A stretch of DNA of 64,000 bases from an uncultured Acidimicrobiales bacterium (GCA_963695075.1 CAVOFR010000007.1:1680904-1744903), one strand, 5' to 3'; counted from the stretch's first letter, positions 33,308 through 42,860 are shown. Notes: a model not told the origin generated them from the sequence alone. Numbers and translations: made by a program.

Positions 33308-34308
33308 AGCAGGTTCGGATCCATGGGCCCGACGATGCGCGACTCGATGAAGTGCCCGACCCGGATCCCGGTCCGCGTGACGTTCTGGTGGCCGTGGCCG
33401 CCTGCGGGGTGTGTGGGAGCGACCTGAAGTACATCGCCATGGGCGGTATCGCCGGTCCGACCGGCACGCCGATGCCTCTGGGCCACGAGCTCGCCGGCGT
33501 GGTCGAGGCTGTCGGGGAGGAGGTCACCGGCGTGGCCGTCGGAGACCGGGTCGTCGTGCACCCCGGCGACGATCGGAGCGGGAGGATCGGCAATGGTGGC
33601 GCCGAGGGAGCGTTCGCCCCCCGACTGCTCGTCCGGGACGCCGCCAGGGGCGGCCGCATCTTCCCCGTGCCCGACGACCTGCCACTCGAGGTCGCAGCGC
33701 TCGCCGAGCCTCTCGGCGTGGGCATGAACGCCGTGGACAAGGCGCAGGTGGGCGAAGGTGACAACGTCGTCGTGTTCGGTGCCGGTCCCATCGGATTGGC
33801 GGCGATCGCCGCATGCGTCGACCGTGGTGCGGCCGACGTGGTGGCCGTCGACCTTTCTCCCGAGCGCCTGGTGCTGGCTCGATCGCTCGGAGCCGGTGCG
33901 GCTCTTCACGCAGCCGAGGAGGATGTCTGGGCCACGATCAGGGATCGCCACGGTTCGGTGCCGTTCCTCCTGGCTCCGATGGCCGGTACCGACGCGTTCG
34001 TGGAGGCGTCGGGAGCGGCGCCGGTGATCGGCCAGGTGCTCGACAACGCGGGCCCCGGGGCGAGGCTGTCGGTTGCCGGGCTGCATTTCGATCCCGTTCC
34101 CACATCGTTCATGGCCATCATGATGAAGGAGCTGACCATCCGGGGAGCGATGGAGTATCCGAAGAGGTTCGAAGACGCCATCGACCTGCTCGGCCGGCGC
34201 GATCTGTCGGCGATGATCACTCACCGACACCCGCTCGGCGACTGGCCGGAGGTGATGCGGATGGTGCTCGGCCCGCCCACGTTCGGCAAGGTGCTCGTGA
34301 CGATGTGA
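33304..34308 (+). CDS. zinc-binding medium-chain alcohol dehydrogenase
   Basis: GTGA overlap with the upstream stop. Carries CGVCGSDL, GHELAGVV and the GAGPIGL Rossmann motif. Confidence 0.88.
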   Translation: MKQVRIHGPDDARLDEVPDPDPGPRDVLVAVAACGVCGSDLKYIAMGGIAGPTGTPMPLGHELAGVVEAVGEEVTGVAVGDRVVVHPGDDRSGRIGNGGAEGAFAPRLLVRDAARGGRIFPVPDDLPLEVAALAEPLGVGMNAVDKAQVGEGDNVVVFGAGPIGLAAIAACVDRGAADVVAVDLSPERLVLARSLGAGAALHAAEEDVWATIRDRHGSVPFLLAPMAGTDAFVEASGAAPVIGQVLDNAGPGARLSVAGLHFDPVPTSFMAIMMKELTIRGAMEYPKRFEDAIDLLGRRDLSAMITHRHPLGDWPEVMRMVLGPPTFGKVLVTM

Positions 34309-34323
34309 GGGCCGACGAGCTCG

Positions 34324-34698
34324 TCAGGGATGCACGCGGTCGAGCAGGGCGTCGATCCGACCGGCGAGCTCACGGGGACTGAACGGTTTCACGATGTAGT
34401 CGTCGGCTCCGGCCGCGTAACCGCGCTTCATGTCGGCTTCCTGGGCCTTGGCCGTCAGCATGACCACCGGAACGTGAGCGAGCGACGGCTCGGCCCGGAT
34501 GGCGACGCACGCTTCGGGGCCGGTGAGCAGCGGCATCATCCAGTCGAGGAGGATCAGGTCGGGATGGTCGGCGACGGCGGCGGCCAGTCCGCCTCGGCCG
34601 TCGTGTTCGACGATCACCTCGTGACCCATCTGCTCGAGCTTGAACTCGACGAGGGTGCAGATGTCGCGGTCGTCGTCGACGACGAGGATCTTGCTCAC
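34324..34698 (-). CDS. single-domain response regulator (CheY-like receiver)
   Basis: Carries ILVVDDD, ILLDWMMP (phospho-acceptor Asp context), LTAK and YIVKPF. The start overlaps the kinase stop. Confidence 0.92.
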   Translation of the reverse strand: MSKILVVDDDRDICTLVEFKLEQMGHEVIVEHDGRGGLAAAVADHPDLILLDWMMPLLTGPEACVAIRAEPSLAHVPVVMLTAKAQEADMKRGYAAGADDYIVKPFSPRELAGRIDALLDRVHP

Positions 34699-37328
34699 GC
34701 TGGGACCTCCCGGGGATTCGATGTTCGATGGGGGATCGAGTCGGCGGGGAGTCGAACGGTCACCGTGGTGCCGATCCCTTCGCTGGACGTGACCTCGATC
34801 GTTCCTCCGTGGCGCTCGACGATGCGGGCCACGATGCTGAGACCCAGTCCCGTGCCGTCGATGGCCTGATCCTCGGCCGAGCGCGATCGGAAGAACCGGG
34901 TGAACAGCTGATCCTGTTCGTCGGCGGGGATGCCGATGCCGTGGTCCTGGATGGCCACGATGATCCCGTCGTCGTCCGCGATCGCCGTTACCTCGACGCG
35001 GCCCCCCTCGTGGGAGAACTTGACGGCGTTGCTGAGGAGGTTCAGGAAGACCCGCTCGAGTTGGGGTTCGTCGGCGCTCATCATCGGGAGATCCCCCATC
35101 GCCCGGTGGACGGCGACGGAGCGAGCATCGGCCAACGGCGCCACCGCATCGCAGGCTGCGTCGAGGATTCGCGCGCAGCTGGCCGGCTTCCGATTGAGGT
35201 GGAACGATCCCGACTCGATCCGGGACAGGGAGAGCAGGTCCTCGACGAGCAGGAGGAGGCGGCCGGCGTTCCGCTCGATCATCTCGACGATCTCCCCGGA
35301 TCGTCCCGCCCCGGCCGAACCGAACTCGTCGGCCAACAGCTCGGAGTAGCCGATGATGCTCGTCAGCGGCGTGCGCAGCTCGTGGGACGTGGTCGAGATG
35401 AAGTCGCTCTTCGCCCGGTCGAGGTCGGTCAGCTTGGCCACCATCTGCCGCTGGCGCTCCATCGCGTCGCGTCCGGCCTGCTCAGCCGCCATCCGGTCGG
35501 TGACATCCCATGAGATCCCGATGAACCCGTTCGGCTCCCCGTCCCGACCGTGCATCGGTGAGATGGTCAGCTCGGCGGGAAAGCTGGTCCCGTTCTTCCG
35601 GACGTGGGTCCAGGTTCTCGTCTCGGGCATCCCCATGCGCGCCGCCTGGACGAACACCTCGAAGCCGGGCTCCATCCCCAGTTCCTCTGCTCTGGCCCGG
35701 ACCTCCGCCGGATCGTGGAAGACCATCGGACCCTCCTGCCCGATTAGCTCGTCGGCGGTCCACCCGAGCATCCGTTCGGCCCCGGCATTGACCAACGCGA
35801 TCTTGCCGGACGGGTGGTATCCGATGATCGCCAGCTCGGTTGCCGCGTCCAGTACAGCGGCCAGCAGGTCGCTGGTCTCCCTGATCTGGCGCCGGGCCTC
35901 GACCCGCTCGGTGACGTCGCGCATGAAGCCCGTCAGGAACGTTCGGCCCCGAGCGGTCCAACGGGACACGGACAGCTCTATGGGGAACTCGTGGTCGTCG
36001 GTGTGTCGCGCCAGCAACTCGCGCTGTTCGACGATGACGCTGTCGTCGGCGTCGGAGAACGCCTCCGCCATTCCGGCTCGGAATCGACCCCGGTATGCGT
36101 CGGGCACGAGGTCGACGATCGATTTTCCCATCCGCTCGTTCGCATCCCAGCCGAAGATCTCGGTCGCTCCCCGGTTCCAGGCCACGATCGTGCCGGTCTC
36201 GTCGACCGAGATGATCGCCTCGCTGGTCGATTCGGTGATCGCCTCGAGCTCGGCGGTCATCTCCATGGCGAGAGAGGCGGAGCGGGCGCGCCCCGTGATG
36301 AGCGAACCGATGAGGGTGGCCAGAAGGGCGGCCACGCCCAGACCGGAGAGCAGGACGGCCAGGGGAGCGGCGCGCTCCATCGTGGAGAGCAACGGCTCGC
36401 CGCCGTGGATGCGGACCACCCACTGCCGACCGCCGACCATGAGCTCACCACTCCGATCGTCGGGGGTGGCGGACAGGTCGGGATCGCTCGTCGGGTCGCC
36501 GTCGAAGAGCAGGCGTCCGCTGTACCGGTCGATCACCTCGATGTCGCCGACCACATCGTCGCTGAACACGGCTGCCAGGAGATCGCCCATCCGGAAGGCC
36601 GCGCTCACCACCCCGACGAACGCATCGCGGCGCTCCTCGTCGGTGTCGAGGGGAAGGCCGGGCCGATAGATCGGCATCATCACGGCCACGGCGAGCTGGG
36701 TCTCGGATTCCTGGGCGAGCCTGATCGGGCCGGTGGCGGCCGGAAGGCCGGAGTCCTGGGCCCGGACCGCCGCTTCCCGCCGGCTCGATTCACTCATGAC
36801 GTCGAATCCGAAGGCGGGCGCGTTGCCGACCTGCGGCTCGATGTGGTCGATCGCCAGGACCAGGCCGTTGGCGGTGGCGGGGTGGACCTCGAACGGTGGG
36901 TAGTCGAGGCCAGACGCGGAAGCAGCCCGGTTTACCGTCTCCTCCCACGCGGGGAGGACGTCGCGGTCCACCAGGCGGGCGGTTCCGATCATCTGCACGC
37001 CCGGATAGCGGCCGTCGACGTCGAGCTCCTCGATGAGCTCGTGATACTCGGTGTGGGAGAGCTGCCCACCGCGGCTGAGCGCGCTCCGGACTCCGTACAG
37101 CACCTCGGTGTAGGCGATCATGCGGGCCTCGATCGCCACGACCGCATCCTCGGTGCGGGCCCGGGTGGCCTGACTCTCCTGGTGGTCGATCGACCGTCGG
37201 ACGAGGATCGTCACCGCCACGACGAGGAGGAGGAGGAACGCGAAGGCCAGTACGGCGACGGCGCGACCGGTTCGAGACTCGGTCGAGAGTGACATCCGAA
37301 GTGGTGCAGATGCCTGTCGCTCGTTCAC
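34695..37328 (-). CDS. sensor histidine kinase: TM - CHASE - TM - 2x PAS - HisKA - HATPase
   Basis: N-terminal TM segment. A CHASE-like periplasmic segment (GVQMIGTARLV ... FGFDVMSE ... PIYRPG ... FRMGDLL). Two PAS-like segments. H-box TSHELRTPLTS. N, G1 and G2 boxes (NLLSNAVKF, DHGIGI, GTGLGLSI). Confidence 0.9.
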   Translation of the reverse strand: MNERQASAPLRMSLSTESRTGRAVAVLAFAFLLLLVVAVTILVRRSIDHQESQATRARTEDAVVAIEARMIAYTEVLYGVRSALSRGGQLSHTEYHELIEELDVDGRYPGVQMIGTARLVDRDVLPAWEETVNRAASASGLDYPPFEVHPATANGLVLAIDHIEPQVGNAPAFGFDVMSESSRREAAVRAQDSGLPAATGPIRLAQESETQLAVAVMMPIYRPGLPLDTDEERRDAFVGVVSAAFRMGDLLAAVFSDDVVGDIEVIDRYSGRLLFDGDPTSDPDLSATPDDRSGELMVGGRQWVVRIHGGEPLLSTMERAAPLAVLLSGLGVAALLATLIGSLITGRARSASLAMEMTAELEAITESTSEAIISVDETGTIVAWNRGATEIFGWDANERMGKSIVDLVPDAYRGRFRAGMAEAFSDADDSVIVEQRELLARHTDDHEFPIELSVSRWTARGRTFLTGFMRDVTERVEARRQIRETSDLLAAVLDAATELAIIGYHPSGKIALVNAGAERMLGWTADELIGQEGPMVFHDPAEVRARAEELGMEPGFEVFVQAARMGMPETRTWTHVRKNGTSFPAELTISPMHGRDGEPNGFIGISWDVTDRMAAEQAGRDAMERQRQMVAKLTDLDRAKSDFISTTSHELRTPLTSIIGYSELLADEFGSAGAGRSGEIVEMIERNAGRLLLLVEDLLSLSRIESGSFHLNRKPASCARILDAACDAVAPLADARSVAVHRAMGDLPMMSADEPQLERVFLNLLSNAVKFSHEGGRVEVTAIADDDGIIVAIQDHGIGIPADEQDQLFTRFFRSRSAEDQAIDGTGLGLSIVARIVERHGGTIEVTSSEGIGTTVTVRLPADSIPHRTSNPREVPA

Positions 37329-37348
37329 GTGACTCGTTTCTCCGCGGA

Positions 37349-37369
37349 GGACCGGCGAACCGCCGGTCC
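37349..37369. promoter_or_regulatory. perfect 9-3-9 palindrome GGACCGGCG-AAC-CGCCGGTCC between divergent kinase and LuxR genes
   Basis: Seen directly in the sequence. Lies 21-41 nt upstream of the kinase start, in the 148-bp divergent region. A 9-bp direct repeat AGGTATTGT occurs at 37392-37400 and 37466-37474. Confidence 0.4.
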
Positions 37370-37476
37370 CGGATCCCTTCGGCCGGGAGGGAGGTATTGT
37401 GAGGTTGCTCGGTGGGTGATGTCGGCGCGATTCGCGTGCCGGACCCTCGGCTGTGACTTCTCGTAAGGTATTGTAC

Positions 37477-38106
37477 GTGCGAGTACTGATCGTCGACGAC
37501 CATGACCTCTTCGCCCGGAGTCTTCAACGACTGCTCGACGACCTCGACCACATCGACGTCGTCGGCATCGCGACCCGGGTTTCCGGGCTGGCCGAACAGT
37601 GCGCAGCAGACAGGCCCGATGTCGCTCTCGTCGACTGGAATCTTCCCGATGGAACGGGAGCGTCGGCCATCGGCGAGCTCCGACGAGCCGATCCCGAGAT
37701 CCGGATCGTCGTCCTGACCGGAGAGCGCGACGCCGACGTCGTCGTGAGCGCGCTCGCGGCCGGCTGTGACGGGTTCGTGACCAAGGACCGGGCTCCCGAG
37801 GAGCTCATCGCCTCGCTCGAATCGGCCCATCGGGGCGAGGTACAGCTGACCGCCGCCGCGGTTCGCTCAGGGGTCGAGCAGGACCAGCGGAGGACCGACG
37901 ACCTCGGTCTGTCCGAGCGGGAGATCGAGGTGGTCCGGCTCCTGGCCGATTCCCTGTCGAACAGCGCCATCGCCGAGCGGCTGTACCTCAGCCCGAACAC
38001 CGTGCGGAATCACGTCCAGCGGATCTCGCGCAAGCTCGGCGTCAACTCCCGGCTCGAGATAGTCGTCACCGCGGCGCGGGCTGGACTGGTCGATCTGTCC
38101 CGATGA
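37477..38106 (+). CDS. NarL/LuxR-family response regulator
   Basis: Receiver motifs (VLIVDDH, ALVDWNLPD) plus a C-terminal LuxR HTH (LSEREIEVVRLLADSLSNSAIAERLYLSPNTVRNHV). Start set at GTG 37477 (VRVLIVDD). The track start at 37453 is also possible. Confidence 0.9.
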   Translation: MRVLIVDDHDLFARSLQRLLDDLDHIDVVGIATRVSGLAEQCAADRPDVALVDWNLPDGTGASAIGELRRADPEIRIVVLTGERDADVVVSALAAGCDGFVTKDRAPEELIASLESAHRGEVQLTAAAVRSGVEQDQRRTDDLGLSEREIEVVRLLADSLSNSAIAERLYLSPNTVRNHVQRISRKLGVNSRLEIVVTAARAGLVDLSR

Positions 38107-40444
38107 GCTCCCTGCCTGCCGGCTCCACGCCGAGCACTCTCAGGGCCTCGCTGATCGCCAGGGGTTTCGCCAGCACGGGCCGATCCTCCGGCAGCTCGTC
38201 CCGGTGGTCGGCCGCGTAGCCGGTCATGAAGGCGACGGTCAGATGGGGATGTCGTCTGGCGAGGATCTGTTCGAGCTCGAGTCCTGATCGGCCCGGCATG
38301 AGGATGTCGCAGAGCACGGCCCCGACGACGACATCCGATTCCAGGACCAGGAGAGCCTCGTCGACCGAGCCCGCGGTGACGACCGGCACGTCGTGAGCCT
38401 CCAGGAGAAGGGCGGTCGATCGGAGGACGTCCGGATCGTCGTCGACGACGAGGACGGGACGTGAGCCCACGTCGCTGACCGGTCGTCGGAGCATGGGGAG
38501 CAGGGCGGTGATCTCGGCGCCCCGGTCGGAGCCTCCGATGTCGAGCTTCCCGCCGGCTGCTTCGGTGACGCCGTGGACCACCGCCAGGCCCAGCCCCGTG
38601 CCGCGCCCGACCTCCTTGGTCGTGAAGAACGGCTCGATGACCTGGTCGCGGATGTCCTCGGGAATGCCGGGACCCTCGTCCTGAACCGTTACCCGGACGT
38701 GCGGGGTGTCGGCGAGCGAGGGATCGGCGGCCAGTTCGTCATCGGCGGCGCGTGCCACCGTCACGGTGACGAGGCCGTCGGCGGGCGAGGCATCCTGAGC
38801 GTTCATGATCAGGTTGACGACGAGCTGCTCCAGTTGGGATCGGTCGATCAGCACGTCGCAGGGTTCCGATGTGATCCGGGTCTCGATCGCCGGACCAGCG
38901 GTCCCGGTGAGCGACCGACAGCACTCGGCGACCACGCCGGTGACGTCGAGGGGTGACGGCGGTCTACCGTCGGCCCGACCGAAGAGCAGCAGCCGGCGGG
39001 TGAGCTCGGAACCACGGCGCACGGCCTTCTCGATCTCGGTCAGATCGTCGAGCACGGCGGTCTCGGGGATGGACCGCCGGATCACGGCGACATAGTTGCC
39101 GATCACTCCCAGGAGGTTGTTCACGTCGTGGGCGACCCCCCCGGCCAGTCGCCCGAGGGACTCCAGGCGGGCTGTCCGCTGGATCTGCTCCTCGAGTGCG
39201 GCCCGCTCCTCGGCCGCCACCCGACGCTGCACCTCGAGCTCCCACCCGATCCGCGCCTCCTCGGCCCGGCGCAGTTCGGTCACGTCACGGATGATCGCGA
39301 CGATCGAATCGGGTCCGCTCGGGGCGAGCCGAGCACTCCACATCCTCGGGACCCTCTCACCCGGGCCGCCGCCGACCCGAGCCACCCACCCGTGGGTGAA
39401 CGCCACGTCCTGAGTCTGACCCGAGCCCAGGGTCCGCTGGATCGCAGACTGGATCGCCGAAGCGGCATCGGAGGGCAGGAGGTCGTGGATCGTTCGACCG
39501 AGCAGCTCCTCCGGGGGTGCGGGGAGGTCGTCGATCGTCCGGGTGTGGAAGTCGAGGTAGGTCCCGCGTTCGTCCAGATGGAGCATGAGGTCGGGAAGCG
39601 CGTCGAGCAGTGCCCGCTGCCTGCTCCGCTCCCTCGCGACCCGCTCGTGTTCGAGATGCTGCTCGGTGATGTCCGAGACGACGGCGATCGCCCCGCGGTA
39701 GGGATCACCGGCGCCCAGGGGTGTCGTGTTCATCCGGGTCCAGATCGGGTGCCCGTCCCGGTGCACGAAACGGAACGGGTGGTTCTCGGCCGGCCCCGCG
39801 CCCCGCCGCTCGAACTGTTGTTCGGCGACCGCCACCCCGTCGTCGTCCATGAAATCGAAGATCTTCCGGCCGAGCATCTCCCCGGCGGTCCAGCCCAGCA
39901 TGGCGGCCATGGGCGGGCTGGTAAATGTCGTTCGGCTCTCATCGTCGATGATCCAGACTCCCTCGGCGGCCAGCTCGACCACCTGGCGGTAGAGCTCGGA
40001 GCGATCGACGAGCATCTCCTCGTAGCCGAGCTGCCCGGTACGGTCGCGCAGGCTGAGTACCACGGTTCCCCGGGGATCGGCGAGCGAGTTGGCGACGAGC
40101 TCGAGCGGTCGCCAGGAACCGGACTTGTCCCGGAACCGGATCCGCAGCGGAGAGTGGCGGCCGACTTCGGCCACCGTGCCGGCCAGTGACGCCATGGCCG
40201 CCCCGGCATCGTCGGGGTGGGCCAGGTCCATGCCCCAGCGGCCGAGTAGTTCCTCGGCCCGATAGCCCGATCGGCGCAGCATCGAGTCGGAGACCGCGAC
40301 GATGTGTCCGCCCGAATCCAACACGACGGTCGCGTCGACCGACTCGTCCAGGAAACGCGCGGCATCGCTCGTGAGCGCGGAGGTCATGCCCCAATGGGTC
40401 GGCGGATCCGACGGGACCATGAGCGGATGGCCCGGCTCGATCAC
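38066..40444 (-). CDS. hybrid sensor histidine kinase (multiple PAS - HisKA - HATPase - receiver)
   Basis: PAS-like repeats. H-box region GGVAHDVNNLL, plus NLIMNAQDA and GTGLGLAV. C-terminal receiver (VLVVDDDPD ... CDILMPG ... LAKP). Start is uncertain; ATG 40387 is an alternative. The 3-prime end overlaps the LuxR gene by 41 bp (convergent). Confidence 0.88.
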   Translation of the reverse strand: MIEPGHPLMVPSDPPTHWGMTSALTSDAARFLDESVDATVVLDSGGHIVAVSDSMLRRSGYRAEELLGRWGMDLAHPDDAGAAMASLAGTVAEVGRHSPLRIRFRDKSGSWRPLELVANSLADPRGTVVLSLRDRTGQLGYEEMLVDRSELYRQVVELAAEGVWIIDDESRTTFTSPPMAAMLGWTAGEMLGRKIFDFMDDDGVAVAEQQFERRGAGPAENHPFRFVHRDGHPIWTRMNTTPLGAGDPYRGAIAVVSDITEQHLEHERVARERSRQRALLDALPDLMLHLDERGTYLDFHTRTIDDLPAPPEELLGRTIHDLLPSDAASAIQSAIQRTLGSGQTQDVAFTHGWVARVGGGPGERVPRMWSARLAPSGPDSIVAIIRDVTELRRAEEARIGWELEVQRRVAAEERAALEEQIQRTARLESLGRLAGGVAHDVNNLLGVIGNYVAVIRRSIPETAVLDDLTEIEKAVRRGSELTRRLLLFGRADGRPPSPLDVTGVVAECCRSLTGTAGPAIETRITSEPCDVLIDRSQLEQLVVNLIMNAQDASPADGLVTVTVARAADDELAADPSLADTPHVRVTVQDEGPGIPEDIRDQVIEPFFTTKEVGRGTGLGLAVVHGVTEAAGGKLDIGGSDRGAEITALLPMLRRPVSDVGSRPVLVVDDDPDVLRSTALLLEAHDVPVVTAGSVDEALLVLESDVVVGAVLCDILMPGRSGLELEQILARRHPHLTVAFMTGYAADHRDELPEDRPVLAKPLAISEALRVLGVEPAGRELIGTDRPVQPAPR

Positions 40445-42860
40445 ACGACGCGTCCGTGCCGGGCGTCCGTGCCGGCGGGCTCACTATGCTCCCCCCATTC
40501 CTGAGACGAGCGAGGAGGTCTGGCTGCGGCACCCGTCCGATGCGGCGCGCCTGGTGTTCAACCTGCTCGTTCTCGCCCTGCTCTCCGGTTTCGTGGCGGT
40601 TGCACCGAGCTCGATCGAGGCGGCGTCCAGCGACCTCGTCGAGCTGGTGACCAACCTCCCCTCGGGGGTCAGAGCGTTCCTGGCCGGGACGGCGCAACTG
40701 CTCACCGTCGTCGTCCCCGTGGCGATCGTGGCCTACAGCCTGTGGCAACGGCGCTTCCGCGAGTTGCTCCTGGTCGCCTCCTCCGCGGTGACCGCCTGGA
40801 TCGCCGTCGCGCTGATCGAGGGTTGGTTCGGGCGGGTGGAGCCCTCCGAGACGCTGAACACCTACGAGTTCGAATCCTGGCTCACCGACGCATCGTTCCC
40901 CTCGGTGGTCTACCTGGCCGCCCTCACGGCGGCGATCACCGCGGCGAGTCCCCTGTTCGGCCGAGCCTGGCGGCGGGCAGGCTGGGTTGCGATCGCCGCC
41001 GCCGTACTGGTCCGTATGCTCACCGGCACCCAGGCGCCCGTCAGCTTGTTGCTCACCGTGGTGGTCGGAACGGCCGCAGCCTCGCTCGTGCTCATCATCA
41101 TGGGCGCCCCGGCTCGCAGGCCGGGCACCGATGAATTGAAGGACGCAGCACGCCGGACCGGGATACACCTCGACCGGCTCGAGCCTCTGCAGCGGGTCGG
41201 CGGCGAAGGCCGCTGGTTCCGCGGTGTCGCCACCGATGACACCGTCGTCGCGGTGAAGTACCTGGACGGCGACGAGCGCGATGCCGACCTGTTGTTCCGG
41301 TTGTGGCGGTCGATCCGGGTCAAGGGAATCGAGGACACCCGGACTGCGGTGTCACCCGACGCGGCCGTGAGCCACGAGGCCATGGTGACGATGCTGGCAG
41401 CCAGCGCGGGGGTCGACACCGTCGATGTGCTCGGCGTGGCCGAGACCGATCGGGGGGCCGTGCTCATCAGCACGCTCGCGCCGGGTGAGCTCCTCGCGGA
41501 ACTGCCGGCGGAGGCGATCACCGACGAGGTGCTCAGCGCGGTGTGGGAGCAGATCCAGACGATGCACGATCAGCGCATAGCTCATCGACAGCTCGACGCC
41601 CATCACCTCGCGCTCCACGGAGCCGGTGCCTCCGTGCTGCGATTCCGCTGGTCGACTCCGGCCGCATCGGATGAGCTCCTGGCCATCGACGTCGCCGATC
41701 TCCTCACCGCCACCGGTGCACTGGTCGGCGCCGACCGCGCCGTCGCAGCGGCCGAGGCGGTGCTGGGCTCCGACCCGTTGGTCGAAGCACTGCCGTACCT
41801 GCAACCGCTGGCGCTGGCCTCGGCCAACAAGAAAGCCGCTCGCGCCGACAAGCAACTCCTCTCCGAACTGCACGAGCTCGTCATCGCAGACACCGGCGCG
41901 GACGACGTCGAGATGGCCGAGCTCGAACGCATCGGCGTAAAGCGCATCATCGGCGTCTTCGGCTTCGGGGTCCTGGCCCTCTTCCTGCTCGGACTCGTCA
42001 GCAACTGGGACCAGATCGTCGACGTATTCAGTCAGGCGAACCTGGCCGACGTGCCGGTGATGATCGTCCTGATCCTGCTCACCAACGTGGCCGGAGCGGC
42101 GTCGCTGATCGGTGCGGTCACCAAGCAGCTCCCCCTGGGCGACACCACCATCGTCATGTTCGGGCAGAGCTTCCTCAACCGGTTCACCCCGGCCAATGCC
42201 GGAGGCATGGCCATGCGGATCCGGTACCTTCAGAAGGGCGGTACCGATCTCACCCTCGGGACCGCGGCGGTGGGGCTCACGTCGGTTGCCAGCGGGATCG
42301 TGCAGACCGTGTTTCTCGTCGGTTTCACGGCCTGGGCGGGGAGCGTCGACACCGGCATCGAGCCCGAGTCACCTCCGTGGGACACGATCGCGGTCGTGGT
42401 CCTGCTGATCGTGGCCTGCGTGGTGTTCGTGTTCGCCATCCCGAAGCTCCGCAAGGCGGTGCTACAGGTCGTACGACGGTTCACCGACAAGATTCGGGAC
42501 GAGTTCGGGGAGCTTCTGCGTCGCCCGGGCAAGCTGACGCTGCTGTTCGGCGGAGCCACGGTGTCGAAGCTCCTGACCATCTCGACGTTCATCATCGCCT
42601 GTCGGGCATTCGACATCGACATCGGAGGAGCCCAGCTCGCGTCCGCCTACATGGTCGCGACCACCATCGCGTCCGCCGTGCCGACACCCGGCGGTGTCGG
42701 CGCCGTCGAGGCAGCGTTGGTGCTGGTTCTCCAGGGCCTTGGTGTCGACGAGGCCGTCGCCTGGTCGGCGACGCTGCTCTTCCGGCTGATCAGCTACTGG
42801 ATGCCGATCATCCCGGGTGCGATCGGCCTCAAGTGGTCGGAGCGTCGGGACCTGGTCTGA
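40419..42860 (+). CDS. multi-pass membrane protein: N-terminal TM block - kinase-like domain - flippase-like (LPG-synthase-TM / UPF0104-like) block
   Basis: Hydrophobic helices at both ends. The central soluble segment has a kinase-like layout (VAVKYLDGDERD ... IAHRQLDAHHL). The C-terminal part has RFTPANAGGMAMR and VPTPGGVGAVEAAL, typical of flippase-like domains. Start is uncertain (40386, 40419 or GTG 40554). Confidence 0.8.
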   Translation: MSGWPGSITRRVRAGRPCRRAHYAPPIPETSEEVWLRHPSDAARLVFNLLVLALLSGFVAVAPSSIEAASSDLVELVTNLPSGVRAFLAGTAQLLTVVVPVAIVAYSLWQRRFRELLLVASSAVTAWIAVALIEGWFGRVEPSETLNTYEFESWLTDASFPSVVYLAALTAAITAASPLFGRAWRRAGWVAIAAAVLVRMLTGTQAPVSLLLTVVVGTAAASLVLIIMGAPARRPGTDELKDAARRTGIHLDRLEPLQRVGGEGRWFRGVATDDTVVAVKYLDGDERDADLLFRLWRSIRVKGIEDTRTAVSPDAAVSHEAMVTMLAASAGVDTVDVLGVAETDRGAVLISTLAPGELLAELPAEAITDEVLSAVWEQIQTMHDQRIAHRQLDAHHLALHGAGASVLRFRWSTPAASDELLAIDVADLLTATGALVGADRAVAAAEAVLGSDPLVEALPYLQPLALASANKKAARADKQLLSELHELVIADTGADDVEMAELERIGVKRIIGVFGFGVLALFLLGLVSNWDQIVDVFSQANLADVPVMIVLILLTNVAGAASLIGAVTKQLPLGDTTIVMFGQSFLNRFTPANAGGMAMRIRYLQKGGTDLTLGTAAVGLTSVASGIVQTVFLVGFTAWAGSVDTGIEPESPPWDTIAVVVLLIVACVVFVFAIPKLRKAVLQVVRRFTDKIRDEFGELLRRPGKLTLLFGGATVSKLLTISTFIIACRAFDIDIGGAQLASAYMVATTIASAVPTPGGVGAVEAALVLVLQGLGVDEAVAWSATLLFRLISYWMPIIPGAIGLKWSERRDLV

